From Bacteroidota bacterium (lineage in GTDB: Bacteria > Bacteroidota > Bacteroidia > Bacteroidales > JAADGE01): a stretch of 60,692 nucleotides of DNA. This document shows, piece by piece, positions 46,110 through 53,902 of this stretch. The notes under the pieces are model-generated. The model did no database searches, was not told the DNA's origin, and worked only from the letters and a program-made list of their open reading frames with translations. Location: contig JAYEIA010000199.1 in assembly GCA_034659855.1 (NCBI GenBank), forward strand, positions 1 to 60,692, given 5' to 3'. The translations under genes and the position numbers were made by a program. How positions within the stretch are numbered: position 1 is the first letter of the stretch; each line of letters starts with the position of its first letter.

Positions 46110-48236
46110 TTATCTGAGTTCTAATTTTACGGTCATTCCTTTTTCAACTTTTGTATTTGGAGTAATGGACTGATAGCGCACCGTACCGGCTCCTGAAATT
46201 TCAACATTGAGTCCGCAATACTCCATAAGAAATACGGCATCCTTTGCACCTAAATCTAATACTGAGGGTACTGTTCCTCTCGAAAATTGTTTTTGCTTAT
46301 AGTTTATTTTGTATTTATCTTTTTCTGTTGTAATCCAGTTGCCGGTATGGCTGTTATTTACTTCATAAGGAATTTGCAAAGCGGTCAGTATTTTATCGGC
46401 ATCCGATTTGTTTCCGCTTTTTGAAAATGGCGCATCAACCGGTCCGGTTGAGACTATTTGTTTTGGCCGATTTAATTCTCCGTCTCTTTGCCATATCCAT
46501 TCGGCTACTTTTTTAAAAACCGGAGCTGCTCTTTTGCCGCCGTCATATTTGTCTCCATTGGTTCCGTAGAGTACAACAATCATGGAATACTTTGGCTTAT
46601 CAGCCGGAAAGTATCCGACAAATGATGCTCTGTATTCATTGATAAACTGTTGTGTTTTGCTGTCATATTTTTTTGCTGTCCCGGTTTTTCCGGCAATTTT
46701 GAATGCGTTGCTTTTAATTCCGTGTGCAGTTCCTCTTGGTTCCGAAACTACCCCTTCGAGAGCCTCTTGAACTGTTTTAAGTGTTTTTTTCGAACAAATT
46801 AAGTCTGCATCTTGTTTAGAATTAAACGTTTTAACGATTTTCCCGTTTTCTTCAAATGCTTTAACAAGTCGGGGAGTTACTCTATATCCCTTATTGGCAA
46901 TGGCATTATAAAATGTAAGTAAACCCAAGGGAGTTATTCTTAATCCGTAACCAAAGGATAAGGAAACAAAGGTGTAGTCGTTTGTGGTTGCATTATCGAA
47001 TGTAGGACTGCGTTCTCCAAACACATCAATACCGGATTTTTTATTGAGTCCCATATCATAAAATCTACGAATGAGACGATCTTTATTTCCGGTATAATAT
47101 TTATCAATTATCATCGACATGCCTACATTGGAAGAATAGGAGAGTACCTGTTTGACAGTAATTTTTCCCAATGCTCTGTGATCCGTGATGTCTTCCCCGT
47201 GCATGTGAACGTATCCCTTCCCTGTGTTAATTATTTGATTTCCTTTGATGTAGCCGTCTTCAAGGGCAGCGATGAGTACCGGGAGTTTAAATGTTGAACC
47301 GGGTGCCAAGCTGTACCCTGCCGCATAATTTTCCGGTTTGCCGAGCGTGGAATCGCCGTTATTTTTTATATTTACCATAGACTTTATGTAGCCGGTTTCC
47401 GTTTCCATTACTACCAGCGTCGCATGCTTTGCGTTTGCATCAAACATTTCATCTCTGAGTACATTATGAGCATAATGTTGGAGGTTAATATCAATAGCTG
47501 TCAGCAAATCATAGCCTTTTTCTGCTAAGAGTTCACTGTTTTCTGAAACAGGCTTGCTTTTTCCGGCAACATTTTGAACAACAATTTCTTGCGGAGCTCC
47601 GGAAAGTGTAGAATGATAATAGCCTTCAAGTCCGCTGTTTCCGAATTGCCCCTTTATTCCGGGTTCTTCAGTGATGTCCCCAATCGTCCTTTCCAAAAGG
47701 TTTCCGAAGGGCAGTTTTCTCTCATAATGTGCTTCGGAAACAAAGCCTGATTTCAAGCTGCTCTTTTCTCTGAATATGGGGAACGTTTTGAGGTAACTTT
47801 TTTCTTTCGGAGAAATATCTTTGGCCGCAATGATTATGCGTTGGTTGGGATCTGCTTTAACAGACCTTATCAGTTTAATGTATTCTTGTGGTGTATGCGT
47901 TTTATTAAATGCTGAGAGCCGAATAGTCAAGGAGTCGATATCTGCATTAAATAAGCTGTCGGTCAAAAGAGGTGTTCCTACATCAAAATACACATTGTAT
48001 CGAACCACTGTTGTAGCCAAAAGATTACCATTACTGTCTTTTATGTCCCCTCGTATAGGCAAGCGGGTTTCATTCTTAAATGCCGATACTTCTTTTATTC
48101 TTTCGAAACGATCACTGTTTACAAAATTGAGGCGAATCATCATAAAGGCTGCTATTACGGTAAACAGCAAGGCAGTACCATAGAGCCAACCGACTCTGGC
48201 AAAAACCAATCCTTTATTTGAATTTCGTTTACTCAT
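46110..48236 (-). CDS. ftsI: Penicillin-binding protein (class B transpeptidase, FtsI/PBP3-like)
   Basis: SxxK (STFK), SxN (SSN) and KTG (KTGTA) motifs are present, with an N-terminal TM anchor. Confidence 0.9.
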   Translation of the reverse strand: MSKRNSNKGLVFARVGWLYGTALLFTVIAAFMMIRLNFVNSDRFERIKEVSAFKNETRLPIRGDIKDSNGNLLATTVVRYNVYFDVGTPLLTDSLFNADIDSLTIRLSAFNKTHTPQEYIKLIRSVKADPNQRIIIAAKDISPKEKSYLKTFPIFREKSSLKSGFVSEAHYERKLPFGNLLERTIGDITEEPGIKGQFGNSGLEGYYHSTLSGAPQEIVVQNVAGKSKPVSENSELLAEKGYDLLTAIDINLQHYAHNVLRDEMFDANAKHATLVVMETETGYIKSMVNIKNNGDSTLGKPENYAAGYSLAPGSTFKLPVLIAALEDGYIKGNQIINTGKGYVHMHGEDITDHRALGKITVKQVLSYSSNVGMSMIIDKYYTGNKDRLIRRFYDMGLNKKSGIDVFGERSPTFDNATTNDYTFVSLSFGYGLRITPLGLLTFYNAIANKGYRVTPRLVKAFEENGKIVKTFNSKQDADLICSKKTLKTVQEALEGVVSEPRGTAHGIKSNAFKIAGKTGTAKKYDSKTQQFINEYRASFVGYFPADKPKYSMIVVLYGTNGDKYDGGKRAAPVFKKVAEWIWQRDGELNRPKQIVSTGPVDAPFSKSGNKSDADKILTALQIPYEVNNSHTGNWITTEKDKYKINYKQKQFSRGTVPSVLDLGAKDAVFLMEYCGLNVEISGAGTVRYQSITPNTKVEKGMTVKLELR

Positions 48237-48570
48237 TATTCTTGTTTTGCTTACTAATATTTACAGACTGCACCGGTTTTACAGGAATATGCAGGTTTAT
48301 ATCCTTTGCTTTCAGACTATTCAGTACTGTTGATTCCAATGTTTTATTCATTACAGCCACACTGGTGAAAACATATTCTGTTCGAACTATTCTGAGTTCC
48401 TTCTTTAGTTCAGTAGCTTTGAAATACAGAGCTTCAACTCGGTATTGCTGGTACAGATAAAAAACAAATACCCCCACGGTAATAAAAAACAGGCGGGAGT
48501 GTTGTGTAAACCACTTCTTTTGAAGCCATTCACCGTTTAGTAATTGTTTGATGTATGATTCTTGAGCCAT
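48229..48570 (-). CDS. ftsL: FtsL-like small bitopic cell division protein
   Basis: Single TM (LFFITVGVFVFYLY) and a position between rsmH and ftsI. The start is at ATG 48570 (MAQES), with 48588 as an alternative. Confidence 0.6.
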   Translation of the reverse strand: MAQESYIKQLLNGEWLQKKWFTQHSRLFFITVGVFVFYLYQQYRVEALYFKATELKKELRIVRTEYVFTSVAVMNKTLESTVLNSLKAKDINLHIPVKPVQSVNISKQNKNNE

Positions 48571-48571
48571 A

Positions 48572-49495
48572 TTACAATTTTTCGGCAATTCTTAATTTAG
48601 CACTCGCTGCCCTGCTGTTTTGTTCAATTTCGTTTGCTGACGGAAGTCTGAATTTGGGCTTCAAAAACTTAAATTCAGTTTCCTTGTTTCCGTATATATC
48701 TGATTTAACAATACCGTCAATATTCCCGCTTTTAATAAAATTTTTCACCATTCGATCCTCTAAAGAATGATAGGTGAGTACAACCAATCGTCCGCCTTTT
48801 TGTATAATCTCGGGTAAGGCTGTGAGCATTTTTTCAAGCCCGCCCATTTCATCATTAGTCTCTATTCTCAACGCTTGATACAGTTGAGCCAATACCTTGT
48901 ACTCATTGTATTTTGGCAGAGCTTTTTGCACTGCCTCGTTCAAATCATCGGTAGTTATCAGCTTCTTTTCTACACGATATTCTGAAATTAGCTTTGCAAA
49001 ATATCCCGCTTTTTTAAGTTCTCCGTAAAGTTTAAATATTCGTTTCAGTTCTTCATAAGTGTATTCGTTAACAATTGTTGCCGCCGTTTTCTCCGATTTT
49101 CTGTTCATTCTCATGTCTAAGTCGGCCGATTTTTTAAATGAAAATCCGCGCTCGGCCTCGTTAAATTGATGAGAAGATACGCCCAGATCGGCAATCACCC
49201 CGTTTAGTTTACCTTCCTCCGAATAGTCAATAAAGTTTTTTACATACCTGTAATCCGATTTAAAGAAATATAAACGCTCTTTGTATTCAGTGGTATCCTG
49301 CAGTGCCTCAGCATTGAGTTCAGCTTCGGAGTCCTTATCAAAAGCAAACAACTTGATGGTTTTGTTCGTGTCAAGAATTGCTTTTGAGTGACCTCCTCCG
49401 CCAAAGGTAAGGTCGGCGTACAGTCCGTTATTTTTTATGTTTAATCCGGCAATAGATTCTTCCAACATCACCGGGACATGATATGTTCTGTCCAT
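48572..49495 (-). CDS. rsmH: 16S rRNA (cytosine1402-N4)-methyltransferase
   Basis: HVPVMLEE, TFGGGGHS and DLGVSSHQ motifs are present. Confidence 0.94.
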   Translation of the reverse strand: MDRTYHVPVMLEESIAGLNIKNNGLYADLTFGGGGHSKAILDTNKTIKLFAFDKDSEAELNAEALQDTTEYKERLYFFKSDYRYVKNFIDYSEEGKLNGVIADLGVSSHQFNEAERGFSFKKSADLDMRMNRKSEKTAATIVNEYTYEELKRIFKLYGELKKAGYFAKLISEYRVEKKLITTDDLNEAVQKALPKYNEYKVLAQLYQALRIETNDEMGGLEKMLTALPEIIQKGGRLVVLTYHSLEDRMVKNFIKSGNIDGIVKSDIYGNKETEFKFLKPKFRLPSANEIEQNSRAASAKLRIAEKL

Positions 49496-49498
49496 GAC

Positions 49499-49960
49499 TT
49501 ATAATTCCGGTTGTTCGCCTCCCATAATGTCTTCGGCAAGTTGTGCAAAGTCCTCAGGACTTTCTTCGGCAGCGAGGTAGTTGTCTTTTGACCAAATTTC
49601 TATTTTTCTGTCTTGACCGGAGAAATATACGTCCTTCTCTATATCGGCATAATTTATTAAGTCTGCCGGCATCAATATCCTGTTGTTTCCGTCTAATTGA
49701 ACCTCAGAGGTATTTCTGTAAAATTCTCGTAAGAATACCTTATGTTTTTTATTGTAGGGGTTAATTTTTGAACGAATAATTTCGTTTTGTCGCTTCCATT
49801 CGTCAGCGGTGTATAAAATCAAGCATTTTTCAAAAATATCACGCTTTATGACAAAAGAATCAATCCCCTTGGACAGTAATTGCTTTTTTAAAGGCGCAGG
49901 AAGAATCACACGCCCTTTAGCGTCAACTCTGCCTGTAAAATCGCCAATAAAACTTGTCAT
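49499..49960 (-). CDS. mraZ: Transcriptional regulator MraZ
   Basis: Two SpoVT/AbrB-like repeats with DAKGRVILPAPLKK and DGNNRILMPADL. It is the first gene of the dcw cluster. Confidence 0.93.
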   Translation of the reverse strand: MTSFIGDFTGRVDAKGRVILPAPLKKQLLSKGIDSFVIKRDIFEKCLILYTADEWKRQNEIIRSKINPYNKKHKVFLREFYRNTSEVQLDGNNRILMPADLINYADIEKDVYFSGQDRKIEIWSKDNYLAAEESPEDFAQLAEDIMGGEQPEL

Positions 49961-49990
49961 AACTTAATCCTCTGATATTTAAATTATTGA

Positions 49991-49998
49991 CAAATATA
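49991..49998 (-). promoter_or_regulatory. -7 promoter box (TATATTTG) of the dcw/mraZ promoter
   Basis: The minus strand reads TATATTTG, 30 nt upstream of the mraZ ATG (49960). Confidence 0.5.
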
Positions 49999-50008
49999 TG
50001 ACAATTTT

Positions 50009-50043
50009 CCCACTTTTACACACTTTGTCCCACTTTTCCCCAC
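50009..50043 (-). promoter_or_regulatory. Putative MraZ operator: four direct GTG(G/T)G boxes with exact 10-nt spacing
   Basis: The minus strand reads GTGGGgaaaaGTGGGacaaaGTGTGtaaaaGTGGG. On the plus strand this is CCCAC at 50009, 50029 and 50039 and CACAC at 50019. It lies immediately upstream of the -7 box. Confidence 0.65.
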
Positions 50044-50223
50044 TATTTATCAATAATTTTATTAACAATGCAGTAAAGCTTTATTCTGTATGCTTTCCGG
50101 GAAGTTTTTGTTGAGTTGAGTTTTAGTAATATTGTTTTTGTTCCTTAATTCTACTTTACGAAGTTAAAACAAATTGATAATTAGCCTGAAAGTCTATATT
50201 AATTCAGTATGAGTTTTCCGTGG

Positions 50224-50397
50224 CGGGCTGAAAGCCCGGTTTATTTCAACCCAAGGCAACGCCTTGGGGCTATTGTCATTTTTAGTCTCGCCTTGTAAAG
50301 GTAACTTATTAATAAACTGCCCTTGCAGGGCGAACAAGCTCGTTTATTACGGACCCGGTGCGTTGCACCGGGCTGAATTAAATTGCTCTTTCAGAGC
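50224..50397. repeat. Array of six different short GC-rich hairpins at 26-41-nt spacing
   Basis: The hairpins are CGGGC-TGAAA-GCCCG (50224..50238), CCCAAGGC-AAC-GCCTTGGG (50250..50268), CCTT-GTA-AAGG (50291..50301, weak), GCCCT-TGC-AGGGC (50319..50331), CCCGGTGC-GTT-GCACCGGG (50354..50372) and GCTCT-TTC-AGAGC (50385..50397). Confidence 0.7.
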
Positions 50398-50458
50398 GTT
50401 TCCAAACATCGTAAAGTTAGAAATCCTGACCTTTCGCAAACTAAATTGACGTAAATTG

Positions 50459-50640
50459 AAAATAAGGTAATAAGCTTGTTCGTGTTTTTTTTTATTTCTA
50501 CTAAGGTTTAAAAAAACGATAAGGTTTATTACTTAGCTTAAGAACCTTAGTTCGACAAATGCTCAGTACAAGTATTCTTACGGTTTTAACCTTAGTAGAA
50601 TTTTGGATTAACAGGATTTCAAACCTTATTACCTTATTTT
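50459..50640. repeat. Nested long inverted repeat (16-bp outer and 12-bp inner perfect arms) rich in TAAGGTT motifs
   Basis: AAAATAAGGTAATAAG (50459..50474) pairs with CTTATTACCTTATTTT (50625..50640). TCTACTAAGGTT (50497..50508) pairs with AACCTTAGTAGA (50588..50599). Confidence 0.7.
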
Positions 50641-50787
50641 TTTTATTAAAAATTTCAATGAAATACGACAATTTTATTTTACGAACAAATTATTACAAAC
50701 ACCTGATAATCAAACCATGGGTCAGGATTTTTAAAAGTAGGATTAACTACTATTTTCCCATAGCAAAAACAGACTAACAATTTGATA

Positions 50788-50815
50788 ATGAAAAAGCGAA
50801 GTTAAAAACTTCGCT
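50788..50815 (-). terminator. Possible minus-strand rho-independent terminator in the non-coding gap
   Basis: The minus strand reads AGCGAAGTT-TTT-AACTTCGCT followed by TTTTC. The stem is 9 bp. No annotated gene lies directly upstream of it. Confidence 0.4.
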
Positions 50816-51265
50816 TAGCATCTTTGTTTTTTTCATTTTACATAGTCAGCTTAGCGAGGATACTTTTGTTTCTTTGGGTTGCTTCTTAAAGCCGGTACTT
50901 CCATTTTTTATGACTGCTTGCACCATTCGCAAAGTTGGTGAACTGCCGCCTTATTTTGACGACTGAGTGCTTCTGTTGAACTTCCGCACAATAGTTCTAA
51001 AACAATTTCCGGTTTTTTATTATTGCTTATTCGTGGTTTTTATTATTATTGTTCATATTTGTAGTTCTTTGTCGCTTGCAAAACTAATGTAATTTAAATC
51101 CCCAAAAATTCCGCATTAATTCGGGGCTAATATAGATAGCTTTTACCGGGTAAAATAATTGATTTTCCATCCGTTAATAAGAGTTTGGGTAATTAAGCGG
51201 ATAAGCATAAAAAGTTATAAAGTTGAAAGTTTATAATAAAGGCCATAAGTTTTTGCTGTTTATAC

Positions 51266-51294
51266 CCGTCTGACCGCTTTGAGCGGTCTGACGG
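51266..51294. repeat. Isolated GC-rich hairpin (12 bp with one mismatch)
   Basis: CCGTCTGACCGCT-TTG-AGCGGTCTGACGG, read directly from the sequence. Confidence 0.7.
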
Positions 51295-51648
51295 ATTTAA
51301 GATTACAGCATTTACATAAGACGTTTATTATATAAAGTTAAAGTGCTAAAAATAAGAGTTTTAAGTTAATTGTAAAGGGATTTGTAAAGTTCTAATAATC
51401 AATCATATAGCTTGTTTTACTAAAACAGAACATACTTTTTAGACCAGAGTCATAAGGTTATATTGCCTCTTGAGGTTATATTGCCTTTTGCACAATGCAG
51501 ATATACAATAATTTTGTATTACGCAGAAGGCAAAGGCTATTTTTTTCACCGGTTAGGTTTGCAAACAAAACACAAATTTGAAAACTCACAGAATTTGGCA
51601 AGCAGAAACCTGTCAGAGTCCGGTTTCGCAAAGTTCTCATAGGAATTT

Positions 51649-52842
51649 TTAATACAAAAACCCAAACATCCATACCGGGATAGTATTTTTGTGGGGGTAT
51701 TCAATATTATCGGCAGCTATGTATGCATTTTTAATACCGGCAATTTGTTTTCGAGTTTTATTTTTTCCGCCTATTTCAAAAATATATGTATTGTCAATAA
51801 GGAAATCACTTCTATCTGTATAGTTTATTTTATGGTTCACATGCAACTGATTATAAAAAAAAGTTTCGCGTAAAGTTCCAACATTTACTTTGCTTTCGGT
51901 TAGTGCATATATCAAGTTTGGATTGTTAAGATATACTTTGTCTGGCTTATTAAGTTTGCTTATTCCAAATTTATTGGTTGTAAGCAAGAGTAATAATTCG
52001 GCTCGATGTAACCAATAAAGGTATTTTACTAATGTTTCTCTATTAATTCCTATTTTAAGACTAAGTTTAGATATATTTGGTTTGAAAGGAACTATTTCAG
52101 CAATTATTGTAAGTAATTTTCTTAAATTATGTATAGCTGTATAATCAATATTTTCAATACTATGCAAGTCATTCTCAATAATTTGAGTTACAGTTTGCTC
52201 TATTCGTTCATAATAACCTTCTTCATCTTCTGTAAAAAAAGGATAATAACCCGTTTTTAAATATTCACCGAAATATTTTATAGGCTTAATACTATTATTT
52301 ATTGTTTCTGCAATTTCGTTTGCATTTTGGAGTATTTCAGATAAGCTGTAAACAGGAAAATTAATATTGTATTTAAACAAAATAAATTCTCTAAATGAGA
52401 GACCGTTCATTTTGTATATAATTATTCGGCGACTTAAATCGCCTTTTCCTTTATGAATATCCAATGCCGAAGAGCCTGTAATAACAATAGAAAGTTCGGG
52501 GTATGTGTCGTAAATATTTTTTATTTCAACCGACCAATCAGGGTATTTGTGAACTTCATCAATAAATAAATATTTACCGCCTTGTTTTACAAACTCGTCG
52601 GTAAAGTCGCTTAGTGTCGTTTTGCTAAAATATAAATTATCCAAACTCACATATAAAACGTCATCTAAATTTTTATGATTTTGCTTTATATGTTGCAAAA
52701 GCAAAGTAGTTTTTCCCACACCTCTTGCACCCACAATTGCCGACAAACGATTTTTCCAATTTATTTGCTCCCACAAATATCTTTTAAAACTTAAATCAAC
52801 TGAGTTTAAGCGTGTACGAAATTGTTGTATTAGTTTTTCCAT
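51649..52842 (-). CDS. AAA+ ATPase with C-terminal DUF4143-like region
   Basis: Walker A GARGVGKTTLL and Walker B LFIDEVH are present. The start is at MEKLIQQF (ATG 52842). The upstream 24 codons of the ORF-track model are the translation of a direct repeat. Confidence 0.75.
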   Translation of the reverse strand: MEKLIQQFRTRLNSVDLSFKRYLWEQINWKNRLSAIVGARGVGKTTLLLQHIKQNHKNLDDVLYVSLDNLYFSKTTLSDFTDEFVKQGGKYLFIDEVHKYPDWSVEIKNIYDTYPELSIVITGSSALDIHKGKGDLSRRIIIYKMNGLSFREFILFKYNINFPVYSLSEILQNANEIAETINNSIKPIKYFGEYLKTGYYPFFTEDEEGYYERIEQTVTQIIENDLHSIENIDYTAIHNLRKLLTIIAEIVPFKPNISKLSLKIGINRETLVKYLYWLHRAELLLLLTTNKFGISKLNKPDKVYLNNPNLIYALTESKVNVGTLRETFFYNQLHVNHKINYTDRSDFLIDNTYIFEIGGKNKTRKQIAGIKNAYIAADNIEYPHKNTIPVWMFGFLY

Positions 52843-52851
52843 ATTTTTAAT

Positions 52852-52901
52852 ATTACAATCGACAAAATTAACAATATTTTGCAGATTGCAATCGACAAAA
52901 T
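52852..52901. repeat. Two 17-nt direct repeats (ATT[A/G]CAATCGACAAAAT) spaced 33 nt apart, upstream of the ATPase gene
   Basis: Repeats at 52852..52868 and 52885..52901 are 16/17 identical. On the minus strand the proximal copy contains TAATTTTG (52863..52870), a TAnnTTTG -7 box. Confidence 0.6.
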
Positions 52902-52983
52902 GTATTAATTGCAAATTTTCTAAAATTCATGTTGCAAGAACTACACAATTTTTTCAAAGCACAAATATTCTGCTTACCCAATG

Positions 52984-53089
52984 ATAAGTAGTAACACATA
53001 AATTTTCCCGTATTTTAATATTGTTATACTACTGATAATCCGTTGAGTTATTGCACCATTATACCATTAAATAATTGTATCATTACTTA
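52984..53089 (+). repeat. 106-bp dispersed intergenic repeat, copy B (partner at 1821..1926)
   Basis: See copy A. My manual alignment gives 9 mismatches and no indels. Confidence 0.85.
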
Positions 53090-53319
53090 TTTCGTATCCG
53101 TTCCTAAATACTTTGTTGCATTTCTCATTTTTAAATTTGAGTAGTTTAGACTGAAACTAAATTACTTTGCAAGTGTGTTATAATCAGTACTGCATGATTA
53201 AGAATATTGTTAAAGTATATGTTATAAATCATTGCAATTGTAATTTCAGGCGAAAACCTCTAAATTGGTGGCTTGAAATAACAATGAGATAAATCATACT
53301 CTTTAAAAACCAAAAAATA

Positions 53320-53838
53320 ATGCGAATTCAACGTATATCAAAACAGCCGAATTCTGATTCAACAGACGGAATTGATATTTCTTTGATGAATCCCCTCATA
53401 GAGAAATATAAAAACAAGAAAGGCAATATGATTCCATTACTTCAGGGCATACAAGACCTTTATCGGTTTTTGCCGGAAGAGGCTTTTCATAAAATTAATA
53501 AAGAAGTAGGATTGGAGTTGAGTGATATGTACGGCGTAGCAACATTTTACTCTCAGTTTAGGTTAACTCCGGTGGGTAAGCATATTGTAAAAGTTTGTCA
53601 CGGAACGGCTTGTCATGTGCAAAATGCCGGAGCTATTACCGATGCTCTTCAGGATACTTTAAAGATAAAAGACGGAGAAACAACTGAAGACGGTATGTTT
53701 ACTCTGGAATCAGTTGCTTGTTTGGGCTGCTGTTCACTTGCTCCTGCTATGATGGTAGATGAAGAGACCTACGGTAAACTAAATAGAAAAGCCGCACAAA
53801 AAGTAATAAAAGAAATTAAGATAAAAGAAAAGGAGTAA
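53320..53838 (+). CDS. NuoE/HydC-type thioredoxin-like [2Fe-2S] subunit
   Basis: Cys ligands occur as VCHGTACH and ACLGCCSLAP. Size and position upstream of a NuoF-like gene both fit. Confidence 0.85.
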   Translation: MRIQRISKQPNSDSTDGIDISLMNPLIEKYKNKKGNMIPLLQGIQDLYRFLPEEAFHKINKEVGLELSDMYGVATFYSQFRLTPVGKHIVKVCHGTACHVQNAGAITDALQDTLKIKDGETTEDGMFTLESVACLGCCSLAPAMMVDEETYGKLNRKAAQKVIKEIKIKEKE

Positions 53839-53902
53839 GCATTCTAAAAAATATTGAATGTGTTTTTTATAAGACTTATACAACTTTAATAATTAAAGTA
53901 TC

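Noticed and set aside
50264-50449. 61-aa ORF (MGLLSFLVSPCKGN...PGALHRAELNCSFRAF)
   Set aside because: It is produced by reading through the GC-rich hairpin array. Each hairpin gives a short pseudo-palindromic peptide. No promoter or start context is present.
49961-51648. Chromosomal replication origin in the AT-rich gap (repeated motifs, DnaB fragment elsewhere in the window)
   Set aside because: I found no TTATCCACA/TGTGGATAA-type DnaA boxes in the interval. No dnaA or dnaN gene is adjacent. The repeats are inverted and hairpin-type rather than DnaA-box clusters.
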